Of a DNA stretch of 53,275 nucleotides, positions 1 through 10,366 are shown piece by piece. The notes under the pieces were generated by a model. The model was given only the letters and a program-made list of their open reading frames with translations. It was not told the origin of the DNA and made no database searches. Location of the stretch: positions 1 through 53,275 of IMG/VR virus record IMGVR_UViG_3300030333_004803. One strand, written 5' to 3'. The DNA is from a virus (taxonomy: Duplodnaviria > Caudoviricetes). Position numbers and translations under genes: made by a program. Every line of letters begins with the position of its first letter. The stretch's first letter is position 1.

Positions 1-78
1 TAGCGGAAAAACGTACACATCTTTTAAAATGGATCAAATTGGTGGAAGATTATCTTCTACAATGGAAGATTCATTTGG
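1..78 (+). repeat. Terminal direct repeat, exact copy at 53093-53170, followed by about 105 nt of diverged homology
   Basis: tagcggaaaaacgtac...attcatttgg is identical at both ends. Confidence 0.95.
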
Positions 79-412
79 AGATCAAAAAATTTACAAATTA
101 GTAGGAGTAGTAGACCAAACATCGGCTACAGCTGTAAATGACAATGATGCTGCATTTGATCCAGTGGCAACTGCAACTGGTGCTGTACCAACTACAGTAA
201 ATACTTTCTATGTAAAGTATGATTCTACGCTAGGTACTGTTGCTACAGTAACTGTTACAGTAGGCTCACAAGCTCACGCAGTATTGTCCGTGGGAGAATC
301 TGTTGTAGTACCAATAGCTGATGTTGCTGTGGCTAATTGCAAAATACATGCTAGTGCTCACACTACTGATACCCACGAAGCAACTGTAACAGTAGTTTTA
401 ATAGGAGACTAA
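1..412 (+). CDS. 3' part of putative capsid decoration/auxiliary protein (5' part at 53031)
   Basis: Reading frame continues from the ATG at 53031 across the overlap (about 157 aa in total); V/T/A-rich beta-type protein directly after the major capsid gene. Confidence 0.55.
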   Translation, partial: SGKTYTSFKMDQIGGRLSSTMEDSFGDQKIYKLVGVVDQTSATAVNDNDAAFDPVATATGAVPTTVNTFYVKYDSTLGTVATVTVTVGSQAHAVLSVGESVVVPIADVAVANCKIHASAHTTDTHEATVTVVLIGD

Positions 413-413
413 A

Positions 414-1463
414 ATGGCAACTATATCGTTCCAGTCTCGAATTGAAGACGTTATCGGTACGAGTATTTCCGATACTTCTGGTTTAAATGCAATGCTTGAA
501 GGGACTGTTGCAGAAATTACAAGCATTTTACCAGATGACGTTAAATTACAACACGCAATACTTTCCACTTCTAGTGATGTTGAAGGTAAAGAAATTTTTA
601 GTATTTCTAGAGGAGGCTATTATGCGACTGAGATTCCTAAAGGTTTATCGACTCAAGCGAGCGATACAAACAGCATACATAGGGCTACTGCTGAAGCTCC
701 TGTTTATTATTTTGAGAACAGTCAAGTCAACATCATCCCATCAGGGGGAGAAACGCAAATCTTAGCGTATGAACAACCTTCTATCACTTTTGACGCTTCA
801 TCAATTCCAAATTTTCCTAAAAATGCAGAATATGCTGTTGTTTTAGGATCTGCGTGTAAAGAATTAAATAGAATGATCTCTACTGCAAGAGATGCATTGC
901 CTACAGTAGTTCCAGAACCAGTAATAAATTATACAGACGCTTCTGTTGGAGATGGTATATCTACAGCACAAGATGCTGCAGTTTACGCTGGACCAGGTAC
1001 GGATCTTACTACCTTATCTAGTGGAGCTGCTGGAACGACTGGAGATATGGTTAATTTTAATACTTGGTTTGATATAGTAGCTGAATATATAGAAACTGAT
1101 GAAGATACTGAATTGGCTAGAGCTAGTTTAGAAAAGATACAATCTTATATTGCTGCTTTTAGAGCTGATCTTGAAGACTCATCTAATGCTTCACAGGTTG
1201 ATATAGCAAAAATGACTCAATCTACTGGAGCGGCTATTGCAAAAATGGGAAAATCTTCAGATATTAATGTTCAAAATGCGGCTCAAGCTTTACAAGCTGC
1301 TATTGCTGAGTATTCTCAAGTAATTTCAAAGTATCAACAAGATATGTCAAGATCTACTATGGAAATTGGAACTTTACAAAGACAGCATGATACAATATAT
1401 GCTAGTTACCAACAACAATTAGGTTTACTATCAAAAGGTGCCTTGAAAGGAGGCGGTAACTAA
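414..1463 (+). CDS. Head-tail adaptor/ring protein with C-terminal coiled coil
   Basis: Position after the head genes; PNFPKNAEYAVVLG motif typical of podovirus adaptor rings; helical C-terminus. Confidence 0.5.
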   Translation: MATISFQSRIEDVIGTSISDTSGLNAMLEGTVAEITSILPDDVKLQHAILSTSSDVEGKEIFSISRGGYYATEIPKGLSTQASDTNSIHRATAEAPVYYFENSQVNIIPSGGETQILAYEQPSITFDASSIPNFPKNAEYAVVLGSACKELNRMISTARDALPTVVPEPVINYTDASVGDGISTAQDAAVYAGPGTDLTTLSSGAAGTTGDMVNFNTWFDIVAEYIETDEDTELARASLEKIQSYIAAFRADLEDSSNASQVDIAKMTQSTGAAIAKMGKSSDINVQNAAQALQAAIAEYSQVISKYQQDMSRSTMEIGTLQRQHDTIYASYQQQLGLLSKGALKGGGN

Positions 1464-1936
1464 TGACAATTAAGCAAATAGTAGAAACAATTAGACAATT
1501 TCATCCTCAAGTAAGCTCTACGCAAATTAAAATATTACTTAATATGGGAATTGAGGAATTTTGCAGAGAAACAGGTATATTACATGGATACCAACAATTT
1601 ACTACAGATGCTAGTGCTCCAATAAGATATAATAGTGTTTTAGGCATTGTAACTTCTGGTCAAGGAACACATACTGTTTCTAATAAACTAAGAGATGATA
1701 ATGGAGTATTTGATTCTAGCCTAGTTGGGCATATTGTTTACAATATAAAAGATGAAACTAATGCTAAGATTACTGCTGTGGATAGCTCAACTGTTTTATC
1801 TATAGATGATGATATTATGGCTGCTAATGAAGATTATATAATACAAAGCGATATGATTGAAATTGATAGAGTAGATTTTGACGGTTACAGTATTCCAAGG
1901 TTAAGCAATATTCCAGAAAAGAGAGATTTGACATGA
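1463..1936 (+). CDS. Adaptor/ring protein, N-terminal-like half
   Basis: MTIKQIVETIR...ILLNMGIEEFCRET resembles adaptor N-terminal helices; TAATG coupling; GGAGG SD. Confidence 0.5.
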   Translation: MTIKQIVETIRQFHPQVSSTQIKILLNMGIEEFCRETGILHGYQQFTTDASAPIRYNSVLGIVTSGQGTHTVSNKLRDDNGVFDSSLVGHIVYNIKDETNAKITAVDSSTVLSIDDDIMAANEDYIIQSDMIEIDRVDFDGYSIPRLSNIPEKRDLT

Positions 1937-2328
1937 GTGCTGCAGTAGAAGCTAAAACAGAAGCCTTAAAACATAGATGGTATATATATGACGGTAAACT
2001 TGCTATTGTTAAACGTATTACAGATGACGATACTACAGATTGGGGAGATCCTGATAAAAGTAAAGTAGTTACTTATTTTGGAACAAAAATAGATAGCACA
2101 GCTATGAGAGCTGGAACAACTGATATAAGTGTTCCTGATATACCTAATGAATTTCATAATGACTTATCTACTTATGTAGTAATGAAATTATATGAAATGA
2201 ATCCTGACACAATTCCAGCTGCTCAATATCATAGAAAACAATGGGAACGAGCTAAAGCTAAGGCTAAGCAAAGAGCTAATAGAGCTGGTGATGGTAGTCA
2301 ATATACAATTCAACAACATGAGTATTAA
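1933..2328 (+). CDS. Adaptor/ring protein, C-terminal-like half
   Basis: PDIPNEFHNDLSTYVVMKLYE resembles the adaptor C-terminal P-x-IP-x2-FH-x2-L motif; ATGA overlap. Confidence 0.5.
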   Translation: MSAAVEAKTEALKHRWYIYDGKLAIVKRITDDDTTDWGDPDKSKVVTYFGTKIDSTAMRAGTTDISVPDIPNEFHNDLSTYVVMKLYEMNPDTIPAAQYHRKQWERAKAKAKQRANRAGDGSQYTIQQHEY

Positions 2329-5300
2329 TGCCTAAAAATGCACCAAAAGTAAGAGACGCTGAGGTTACAAGAGCCTTTGAGCATACCTATAAGGACATTA
2401 ATGAATTAATTATGTCTGTTAATGGATTGTCTTCTAAATCTAATAGAGAAGGTTATAAAGGCAAAAATGGGGATATGCGCCTTTATAGGGATCTTAGAAC
2501 TAAACAATATTTCTTTGAAGGTAGGTTTGATGATGGTTGGGCTCAAGTAGAACTAGATTTAGCTAAGAAAACGAATACAACTACTGTTGCTACTAGCGGG
2601 GATACTAATGTTCAATCTGATTGGAATGTTTCTGATAATACTAGTGACGCATTTATAAAAAATAAACCAACTGTACAGTACACATCTGCAATACCTAGTA
2701 TGGGATCAGGTAATAGTTATGCAGCTGGTTTAACACCCGCAGGTAGCGGAACCCATAGTGATACATACTTGCGTAAAGATGGCACTTGGGCTACTCCTCT
2801 TAATACAACTTATTCTGTTATGGCAAGTGGTAATAGTTATGCAGCGGGATTAGTTCCTGCAGGTTCAGGTACACACAATAATACATTTTTAAGAAAAGAT
2901 GGTACCTGGGTTGCTCCTTCTTCTGGAATAGCATTAACGGATTTAAGCGCATCTACACCTATAACATATGATAATAGTAGTGGTGCTTTTAGTATTGGAG
3001 ACCACGCAGTTGCGTTAGCAAAGTTACCAGAAATAGCATCAGCAAGATTTTTAGGTAGAAATACAAGTGGTACTGGCGATGTAGAAGTAATGACAGTAGG
3101 TCAAGTAGGTGCTTTGTTAAGCCTAGATACTTATTTAACTGCAGTAAGCCAAAGTGATGTTACTCAACATCAAGGAGCTATAGATCACGACCAATTATTA
3201 AATTTTGCAGCAAATGAACATATTGATTGGACCGCTGATCAAGGTTCAACCAATATCCATAGTGGTAATTATACAAATACTGTAGATATGGGAGATGGAT
3301 TTAGATTTGTATATGTAGATGGTAATGTACAAGTAACTGAAAATAAATATTTAAAATTAAAAACAGTAGATGGTTCACGAGGCTTTGGTAGTTTGGAAGC
3401 TGGTGGTGATGGTTCTAGTAGTTCGCCTTGGATAATTACACTACCAACACCTGATACGAACACTACTTATTCTGCTATGGGAAGTGGTAATGGTTACGCT
3501 GCTGGCCTTGTGTTAGCAGGAAGCGCAACTCATAATAATAATTTTTTACGCAAAGATGGTTCTTGGGAACTTCCTAATATAAATTTACAAGATGACGATT
3601 CAGATTCAGTTAGTGTAACTATTAACAGTCATGTTAAAATTACAGGTACTGGAGGTATAAGCACTGACTGGACAACTGATGATGCTGGTGGAGCTGGTAA
3701 TGCGCCTAACGTACTGACAATAGGTTTGGGTAGTATAACGCAAGTAGGAGCATTGTCGCAAGGTTCTATTGCTTCTGGGTTTACTACAATAGATGAAGGG
3801 TTTATTGACTCTGCAATTGTTCGTAAAAATGCAAATACAACTATTACTGGTAATTATACATTTTCTGGTAAGGGTATTATAATAAATGCTGGTAGTGGTG
3901 ATAGTGTAACTGGATATGATGCTTCTTTATATATAACAGCTACTTCAAGTAATGATTGGGGTATGTGGATAAATAAAGCAAGTTATAATTATGGACTAAA
4001 AGTAGAAACAGCTAGTGATGCAACTCGTGCTATTGTTGTAAGAAGCTCAAGTGCAAATCGATTTATTGTAGACGGAGCGGGAGTTGTTACTTGGAAAGAC
4101 GGTGGCTCAGCAAATGCTAACACAGCTTATAGTTGGGGAGATCATGGTACTGAAGGATATTTAAAAAATATTACAGGTCAATCTATTAGCAATCTTAATG
4201 ATGTAAATTCTATATCAGGTATATCAAATGGTCAAGTTCTTGTATGGAACTCTACAGCAAACGCTTTTCAACCTGGCTCTAGTTCCTACTCATGGTATCT
4301 TGTAGATGGTGATACTACTACTGTAGAGGTAACAAGTGGTAAATATGTTAAACTTGTAGAAGGTACAGGTATTGATATTAATTTTACAGATACAAGTTCT
4401 GGTGTAGTTGATGATGAGTATGATGTAACAATTACCAATACCCTTATGTCTTCTGGCGGTACAATAAGTGGTGATTTAGCTATATCGGACTATGAGTCAA
4501 AGCTTACTTTAACCAAAACAAGAAACACTACACAATCGTTTCACATCGCACATGAAAACGATGATGGTGTATTAGATTTTTTAAGAGAATCAACCAGAAC
4601 TGCAAGAATTACAAATAATGGCAGGTGGGTAATCGGTGGTCATGCTGAAGTAGAAAGTTCACAGCTTTCTGTACAAGGTAATTTGGGAGTTACAGGTTTA
4701 GCTTATTTTAAATATGGTAGTAGTTCAAATGATAATGTAAGATTTTATAACCAAGATGGAAGTTATTCTTATATAAGAGTAACAGCAAATGGTAACAATG
4801 CTAATACTTGGTTTGATACAAGACTGGGATCAACTACTTGGTTTGGATGGACAAATACAGGTGGAAGTGGTGTTTCTTCGTGGCATTTTGGAACAGGTGG
4901 CAGTACAGGAGCTAACTCTGTGCTTATTTCCTCTGGTGCAATACTACAATACAATTCAAGCGGTAATCATACAACCACTTTAAATGCAGATGGTTCAGCA
5001 ACTTTTGCTGGTACAGTTTTAATTAGTGGAGTATCTAACTATACAGGATTAGAGGTAAAAGGTTCAGGTGGTTCACGACCTCAAGTTAAATTTACAAATG
5101 TTAATAATGGTACTTTAGGTGGTATATATGGAACAGAAAGTAATGCTTTGATAATTGGTACAGGTTCAAGCAATACAACTGCTCTTACCTTAGACTCATC
5201 ACAAAACGCTACTTTTGCAGGCAATATAGTAGGCAAAACAAATACGCACATTTCATATTCGTCAGGCAACGCAACAACTACAGCTACTGGTGGAGCTTTT

Positions 5301-6206
5301 AACGCTTCAGGCTCTGACATAGTTACAGGAAGATTATTTTTACAAGGATACCAAAATAGTGGAAATGATTTAATAGGTTTTAATAACGAAACAAACCAAT
5401 TAGTAATGTATAATTACACAGATGGTGCATATCTTGTTAAGTTTGAACATGATGGTGATGTTGTATTAAAAAAACAGCTATCAATAAGTACAGGATCGTC
5501 AAGCGTTTACCCTTCAATAGTTGGGTCAACTTCAGATTATGAATTATTTAGATTAGAGCAATGGTACGGCAACGAAGGTGCTTTAATTATAAAAAACAAT
5601 GGTAATACTAAAATAAGATTAACTGGAGGCCAATCAAACGTAGTATCGTATATAAACAATGGTGCTAATTTTGCTATTGGTGGAACTGGTGGATACCAAA
5701 AGCTATCTGTTGAGGGTGGTAATATTTATATGTCTACTGGGTACCAGATTACATGGTCTAATGGAAATGCAACTTTATATGAAAGTGGTTATTCATTAAG
5801 GTTTTCCACATATAATGGCAGTTCTGCTGTTGTCGAGCGCATGAGAATCGAGAGTGATGGCGATGTTCATTGCGATGCAGATGTTATAGCATATTCTAAT
5901 ACGATAGGATCAGATAGAAGGTTAAAGAAAAATATAGAAGATATTTCTTATGGACTTGATGATGTTTTAAAACTTCGTGGTGTAGAATTTGATTGGAACA
6001 GAAAAGATTATGCTAAAAAACACGATGTTGGTTTTATTGCACAAGAAGTACGAGAAGTAATCCCTGAGTTAGTTAAAAGAACAAGCGGTTTAAATGATAA
6101 AGGTTCTTTCTTGACAGTAGATTATGCTAAATTAGTACCTGTATTAGTAGAATCAATAAAAGAATTAAAGCAAGAAATTGAGGATTTAAGAAATGAAAAA
6201 TTATAA
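2328..6206 (+). CDS. Tail fibre/spike with C-terminal peptidase S74 intramolecular chaperone
   Basis: G/S/T/N-rich 1292 aa; SDRRLKKNI...GFIAQEV...VDYAKLVPVLVESIKEL chaperone from about 5910; internal LRKDGTW repeats. Confidence 0.9.
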   Translation: MPKNAPKVRDAEVTRAFEHTYKDINELIMSVNGLSSKSNREGYKGKNGDMRLYRDLRTKQYFFEGRFDDGWAQVELDLAKKTNTTTVATSGDTNVQSDWNVSDNTSDAFIKNKPTVQYTSAIPSMGSGNSYAAGLTPAGSGTHSDTYLRKDGTWATPLNTTYSVMASGNSYAAGLVPAGSGTHNNTFLRKDGTWVAPSSGIALTDLSASTPITYDNSSGAFSIGDHAVALAKLPEIASARFLGRNTSGTGDVEVMTVGQVGALLSLDTYLTAVSQSDVTQHQGAIDHDQLLNFAANEHIDWTADQGSTNIHSGNYTNTVDMGDGFRFVYVDGNVQVTENKYLKLKTVDGSRGFGSLEAGGDGSSSSPWIITLPTPDTNTTYSAMGSGNGYAAGLVLAGSATHNNNFLRKDGSWELPNINLQDDDSDSVSVTINSHVKITGTGGISTDWTTDDAGGAGNAPNVLTIGLGSITQVGALSQGSIASGFTTIDEGFIDSAIVRKNANTTITGNYTFSGKGIIINAGSGDSVTGYDASLYITATSSNDWGMWINKASYNYGLKVETASDATRAIVVRSSSANRFIVDGAGVVTWKDGGSANANTAYSWGDHGTEGYLKNITGQSISNLNDVNSISGISNGQVLVWNSTANAFQPGSSSYSWYLVDGDTTTVEVTSGKYVKLVEGTGIDINFTDTSSGVVDDEYDVTITNTLMSSGGTISGDLAISDYESKLTLTKTRNTTQSFHIAHENDDGVLDFLRESTRTARITNNGRWVIGGHAEVESSQLSVQGNLGVTGLAYFKYGSSSNDNVRFYNQDGSYSYIRVTANGNNANTWFDTRLGSTTWFGWTNTGGSGVSSWHFGTGGSTGANSVLISSGAILQYNSSGNHTTTLNADGSATFAGTVLISGVSNYTGLEVKGSGGSRPQVKFTNVNNGTLGGIYGTESNALIIGTGSSNTTALTLDSSQNATFAGNIVGKTNTHISYSSGNATTTATGGAFNASGSDIVTGRLFLQGYQNSGNDLIGFNNETNQLVMYNYTDGAYLVKFEHDGDVVLKKQLSISTGSSSVYPSIVGSTSDYELFRLEQWYGNEGALIIKNNGNTKIRLTGGQSNVVSYINNGANFAIGGTGGYQKLSVEGGNIYMSTGYQITWSNGNATLYESGYSLRFSTYNGSSAVVERMRIESDGDVHCDADVIAYSNTIGSDRRLKKNIEDISYGLDDVLKLRGVEFDWNRKDYAKKHDVGFIAQEVREVIPELVKRTSGLNDKGSFLTVDYAKLVPVLVESIKELKQEIEDLRNEKL
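2700..3566 (+). repeat. Three 30-aa intragenic repeats (2700-2789, 2820-2909, 3477-3566)
   Basis: M(G/A)SGNxYAAGLxxAGSxTHxxx(Y/F)LRKDGxW occurs three times. Confidence 0.9.
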
Positions 6207-6447
6207 AGATTCTAAAGATGCTGGTAAAAGCACTTTAGAAGTAAAAGATGACGTTGTTTATGTTGTGCAAAAATCATATAACACTATAACAGGTGCAGAG
6301 TTAGATGATATAGAGACACCTTGTCCTTCAGTAGATAATTTAGATTTTGAAATAAACAAAATCCAAGAAACAATTAACTATCTTGAAAAAGAAAAAGAAT
6401 CTTTAAATCTTCTTAAAGCAGATTATATAGAGTTAAAAGGCGACTAA
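6193..6447 (+). CDS. Small tail-fibre-associated protein (coiled-coil C-terminus)
   Basis: Overlaps the fibre stop; GAGGA SD; 84 aa. Confidence 0.55.
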   Translation: MKNYKDSKDAGKSTLEVKDDVVYVVQKSYNTITGAELDDIETPCPSVDNLDFEINKIQETINYLEKEKESLNLLKADYIELKGD

Positions 6448-6448
6448 A

Positions 6449-6748
6449 ATGGGTTTACCAGTTTCTGGACAAATATCTATGGGTAACATTATGCGAGAGG
6501 TTAAGTCTGGCGATGGTGAATTAGGCGTTTACGAACCTACTAATACAGAAAAAAATCTTGGCATGAACTCATTAAGTAACTTATGTCAGTTGCCAGCAGG
6601 TGAAGGAAGTTTGGCTGGTGGTTCATTTAAAGATTCAATAAGCTCAATAAATGGTTGGATTGTACCAAATTTTACTGAGGCTGATGAAGATGGTGAATCA
6701 CCTCACAATATAAGTATATTTCATGCAGCTAGTAGAGATGGCGTATAA
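6449..6748 (+). CDS. Tail-fibre tip/accessory protein
   Basis: N-terminus LPVSGQISMGNI-x2-E resembles proteins that follow S74 fibres. Confidence 0.45.
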   Translation: MGLPVSGQISMGNIMREVKSGDGELGVYEPTNTEKNLGMNSLSNLCQLPAGEGSLAGGSFKDSISSINGWIVPNFTEADEDGESPHNISIFHAASRDGV

Positions 6749-6775
6749 AGATTTAATTAATAACAGGAGTAAATA

Positions 6776-7132
6776 GTGAAAATAAAAACAAAACTAGCAA
6801 ACTTAGTAAATAGCGTTGAACCTTTAAATAAATTAATGCAAAAACCAATGCCTTCAGCTACAGCATTTCGATGCGCAAAGTTATTAAAAGCTGTTGAAGC
6901 TGAATTGCAAATTTATGATGAGCAGCGTAAAAAGCTTATTGAAAAATACGGTGAAGATGATAAAATAGATCCTGAATCTAAAAATTGGGATAAATTTGTT
7001 GAAGAAATGAATGGACTTTTAGCTGAAGATGTATCTTTAAGCGCTACTAAGGTAAAAGAAGAAAATTTATCTAAAATAGAAATATCACCTGCTGATATAA
7101 TGAATTTAAGCTGGTTGATAAAGGAGAAATAA
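6776..7132 (+). CDS. Hypothetical phage protein (DUF1617-like, tail-module associated)
   Basis: AGGAG SD with GTG start; RKKLIEKYG motif in a helical 118-aa protein. Confidence 0.5.
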   Translation: MKIKTKLANLVNSVEPLNKLMQKPMPSATAFRCAKLLKAVEAELQIYDEQRKKLIEKYGEDDKIDPESKNWDKFVEEMNGLLAEDVSLSATKVKEENLSKIEISPADIMNLSWLIKEK

Positions 7133-7133
7133 T

Positions 7134-7202
7134 ATGCCAACAGGTAAAGGGTCTTATAGAAAACGTGGTAGACCTAAAAAGAAAAAAAAAGGTAAGAAGT
7201 AA
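7134..7202 (+). CDS. 22-aa basic AT-hook peptide MPTGKGSYRKRGRPKKKKKGKK (not in ORF track)
   Basis: AAGGAG SD upstream; fills the gap exactly; TAATG coupling to the next gene. Confidence 0.7.
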   Translation: MPTGKGSYRKRGRPKKKKKGKK

Positions 7203-7537
7203 TGGCTGATTTAAACAAGTATAATGAAAAACAATCTTTAAATATAGATACTGCAGCTGATTGGTCCGTTCAGACAAGATTGACCATATCAAGTGCAGCT
7301 GCTGTTGAGTCTAACGTTAGCACTGCAAGTCAAATTGCGATTTACAGTGATTCAGATGTATATATTAGATTTGATACATCTTCTGGAGATAATATTGTTG
7401 CAAATAATGATATTATTTTACCAGCGTTAACTTTTATGACATTTAAAGTACCTAAACAATTAGGGAGTACTATTTATGTTCATTTTAAACAAGTAACGTC
7501 TGTTGGATCAAAATATTTAAGATTAGTACATATGTAA
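7202..7537 (+). CDS. Hypothetical beta-rich virion protein
   Basis: 111 aa, between the two fibre genes. Confidence 0.5.
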   Translation: MADLNKYNEKQSLNIDTAADWSVQTRLTISSAAAVESNVSTASQIAIYSDSDVYIRFDTSSGDNIVANNDIILPALTFMTFKVPKQLGSTIYVHFKQVTSVGSKYLRLVHM

Positions 7538-7556
7538 ATAAGAAAGGTTTCATATA

Positions 7557-9917
7557 ATGAATTTTGCAAAATCTGTATCGCTAAATTTATCTGCTGGGGG
7601 TAAAGTTGGTGGTAATCTTGAAATAGACGGTGATTTAACTGTTAATGGAGACTCCAGTGGGGCTTATGATGAGATTATTAATGGTCATCTTGATTTAGCC
7701 GATAATAATATTTTAAATGTTGGAGATATATCTTTAGATACAATCTCTTCTGATGCTGGAACATCCATTAATGTAGTGTTAGGATCTGATGCTGGTGATG
7801 ACTTTTTAGTAGATACAGATAAACTTGTAGTTGAAGGTGATACTGGCAAAGTTGGTATAGGAACCGCAAGCCCTGCATATCCTTTAGACATTGTATCTAC
7901 AATAAACAATGGAGCTGCATTAGCTATTAGAGGCGATGTAGATTCTGATGGTAGATTTTCTGGTATACAATTTGGCGATAATGGAACAACATCTTATAGC
8001 AAAGGTGGTATTTTTTATGAAGGTAAAGATGCGTATGCAAGAGGTAATTTACATTTCGCATTAGAAGGTGGAACTGGTACAGATAATGCTGATTTATCAG
8101 ATGCCAGAATGACTATAACTTATGATGGCAACGTAGGTATTGGCACAGATGACCCAGATAGTATTTTACACATAAAAGGTGGTGCAAATTGGCGACCAAT
8201 ATTTAAAATTGAAAATACATCAACTGGTAATGAATCTGGTATTATTCAATTTCATAAGGTTGCAAGTGATAGCAGTGAAGCTGATAATGATTATTTAGGT
8301 GGTATAGATTTTTATGGTATAAACGATAATAACGATTCGCACAGGTTTGCTTATATGTATGGTATATCTACCGATGTTAGTGATGGTTCAGAAGATGGTA
8401 GAATAGATTTTATGACAGCAAAAAATGGTACTGATACTGTTACTATGACATTAAAATCTGGTAACGTAGGTATTGGAACTAATGATCCAGCAGTAACCAC
8501 TCATATTCATTCAGATGCCGAAACATTTGCTTATGTTACAACTGATTCAGGTTCCCATGATACAGGAATATGGTTTGGACATGATATTGATGGAACAGCA
8601 GCTTATACTGGAATTGTGTATGACCGTAGTGTTTATACTTTAAAATTATTTAATGGCAATTCAATAGCGAATCATCTTGTTATAAATAATGATGGTGATG
8701 TAGGTGTTGGCGTAGAAAGTCCAAACACTAACTGTAAAATGCACATTAGAGGAGGAGATAGTGGTCAAACATCTTCAAGTAACAATACACAGCTTACGAT
8801 AGAAAATAGTGCTACAGCAGGTATTCAGCTATTAACAGGCACAACAAATGTCGGTGGTATATGGGTTGGAGATTCTAATGGTTCAGAGACTGGTGGAAAA
8901 CTCTATTATAGCAACTCAAGTGATGGGTGGACTTTTTTCAATCAAGGAAGTGTACAATCCTGCGACATAGGTTTGTCTATGGTTAATTTGTATAACAATG
9001 ATACTGGTTCAGCAGGTTCTACTTTAAAACAACTTTCGCTTGGTACATCAGACAACACAGCACTTGACTTTACAAACGTAGGTACAATAGGTGGTGTAAT
9101 TGTATCTAATTCAAGCAATACAGATGATTCAGCTTGTGGTGTTGTATTTAGTCATAGAAGCAGTAGTTCTGGTATAAGCTATGTAGCAAGTAGAAATGAA
9201 GGTGCTGATAGGTCAGCATTGTATTTTGGCACAAGAGGTTCTGATGGTGTGGCATTGCGTATGGAAATCAGAAATGATGGCATAATGGTTTCTAAAAAGG
9301 GATTGATATTTGATGGAAGTGCTCTTGGCTCTGGGCAAACAGGCATTAGCTCAAGTGGTAGTGGTGGTGATTTATTACTATTCTCAAATGGTACTGCACA
9401 CGCAAGATTACAGTCAACAGGCAGATTTGTTATTGGAACCACGTCAGCAAATGCAAAGCTACATATCCACGAAACAGTTAATGGGCAAGAAACAATCTTC
9501 CTTAATCATTCTGTAACTGGTTCCAATCAAACTTATCTTCAGTTTAGACACGATGGTACGCTAAGAGGGCATATACAAATTAATGATTCTACCGATCAAA
9601 TAATGTATAACACTACTAGTTCTGACAAGAGATTGAAAAAAGATTTTGAAGACTGGGATGAAGATGTATTACCATATTTTAAATCTTTAAAACCACAGTT
9701 ATTTAATTTTATACATTCTGAAAATAATGGTGGAAAAAGAAAAGGGTATATAGCCCAAGACAATGTTGATAATTTCCCAGAAGCTTATCCAAAATCAAAA
9801 TCAGTCGATGGTGATGATACAGAATACTACTCATTTAATCCTACGGGTATGGTTTCATATTTAATGAAAGCGGTAAAAGAGCTTACTGAAAAAGTAGAAG
9901 CATTAGAAAATGCGTAA
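7557..9917 (+). CDS. Second tail fibre/spike with GNVGIGT repeats and S74 chaperone
   Basis: GKVGIGT, GNVGIGT (twice), GDVGVG and GRFVIGT repeats; SDKRLKKDF...GYIAQD...LMKAVKEL from 9621. Confidence 0.9.
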   Translation: MNFAKSVSLNLSAGGKVGGNLEIDGDLTVNGDSSGAYDEIINGHLDLADNNILNVGDISLDTISSDAGTSINVVLGSDAGDDFLVDTDKLVVEGDTGKVGIGTASPAYPLDIVSTINNGAALAIRGDVDSDGRFSGIQFGDNGTTSYSKGGIFYEGKDAYARGNLHFALEGGTGTDNADLSDARMTITYDGNVGIGTDDPDSILHIKGGANWRPIFKIENTSTGNESGIIQFHKVASDSSEADNDYLGGIDFYGINDNNDSHRFAYMYGISTDVSDGSEDGRIDFMTAKNGTDTVTMTLKSGNVGIGTNDPAVTTHIHSDAETFAYVTTDSGSHDTGIWFGHDIDGTAAYTGIVYDRSVYTLKLFNGNSIANHLVINNDGDVGVGVESPNTNCKMHIRGGDSGQTSSSNNTQLTIENSATAGIQLLTGTTNVGGIWVGDSNGSETGGKLYYSNSSDGWTFFNQGSVQSCDIGLSMVNLYNNDTGSAGSTLKQLSLGTSDNTALDFTNVGTIGGVIVSNSSNTDDSACGVVFSHRSSSSGISYVASRNEGADRSALYFGTRGSDGVALRMEIRNDGIMVSKKGLIFDGSALGSGQTGISSSGSGGDLLLFSNGTAHARLQSTGRFVIGTTSANAKLHIHETVNGQETIFLNHSVTGSNQTYLQFRHDGTLRGHIQINDSTDQIMYNTTSSDKRLKKDFEDWDEDVLPYFKSLKPQLFNFIHSENNGGKRKGYIAQDNVDNFPEAYPKSKSVDGDDTEYYSFNPTGMVSYLMKAVKELTEKVEALENA

Positions 9918-10152
9918 TTTTATTAAATTTATAATTGGATCTTATGCTTTTTTAAGTATTTTTTTACTATCAATTATTGCTTGCGAAGATGTTTATATTG
10001 GAAAAACAAAAGAAGAAATAGCAACTGAGCTATCTCAAGCAATGTTTGAAGTAGATAGTATATTAATGAGTATACAATATCAATTAGATACTGCTAGTGT
10101 AGATGGTACATATTATTTAAATATGCAAAGGATTAATAATGGTCATCCTTAG
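9910..10152 (+). CDS. Putative lipoprotein (spanin candidate)
   Basis: Basic N-terminus, hydrophobic stretch, lipobox-like IIAC. Confidence 0.55.
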   Translation: MRNFIKFIIGSYAFLSIFLLSIIACEDVYIGKTKEEIATELSQAMFEVDSILMSIQYQLDTASVDGTYYLNMQRINNGHP

Positions 10153-10366
10153 AGTGTTATTTATAGTTACAATATGGATATTAATATTGTCTAGTTGTAC
10201 AATGCAGGCTTCTATAGATCCAATTCCTAATAAGATTAAAGATACTAATGGAAATTTACATTATTACACTATGTATAGACTTACTAATTTTAACGAACCT
10301 GTAAGATATTGTAGACTACATGAGCGGTGGGAAAAAATAGAATCTTTAAATGGTGTAATACAGTGA
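10139..10366 (+). CDS. Putative lipoprotein (o-spanin candidate)
   Basis: Hydrophobic signal with LSSC lipobox. Confidence 0.6.
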   Translation: MVILRVLFIVTIWILILSSCTMQASIDPIPNKIKDTNGNLHYYTMYRLTNFNEPVRYCRLHERWEKIESLNGVIQ

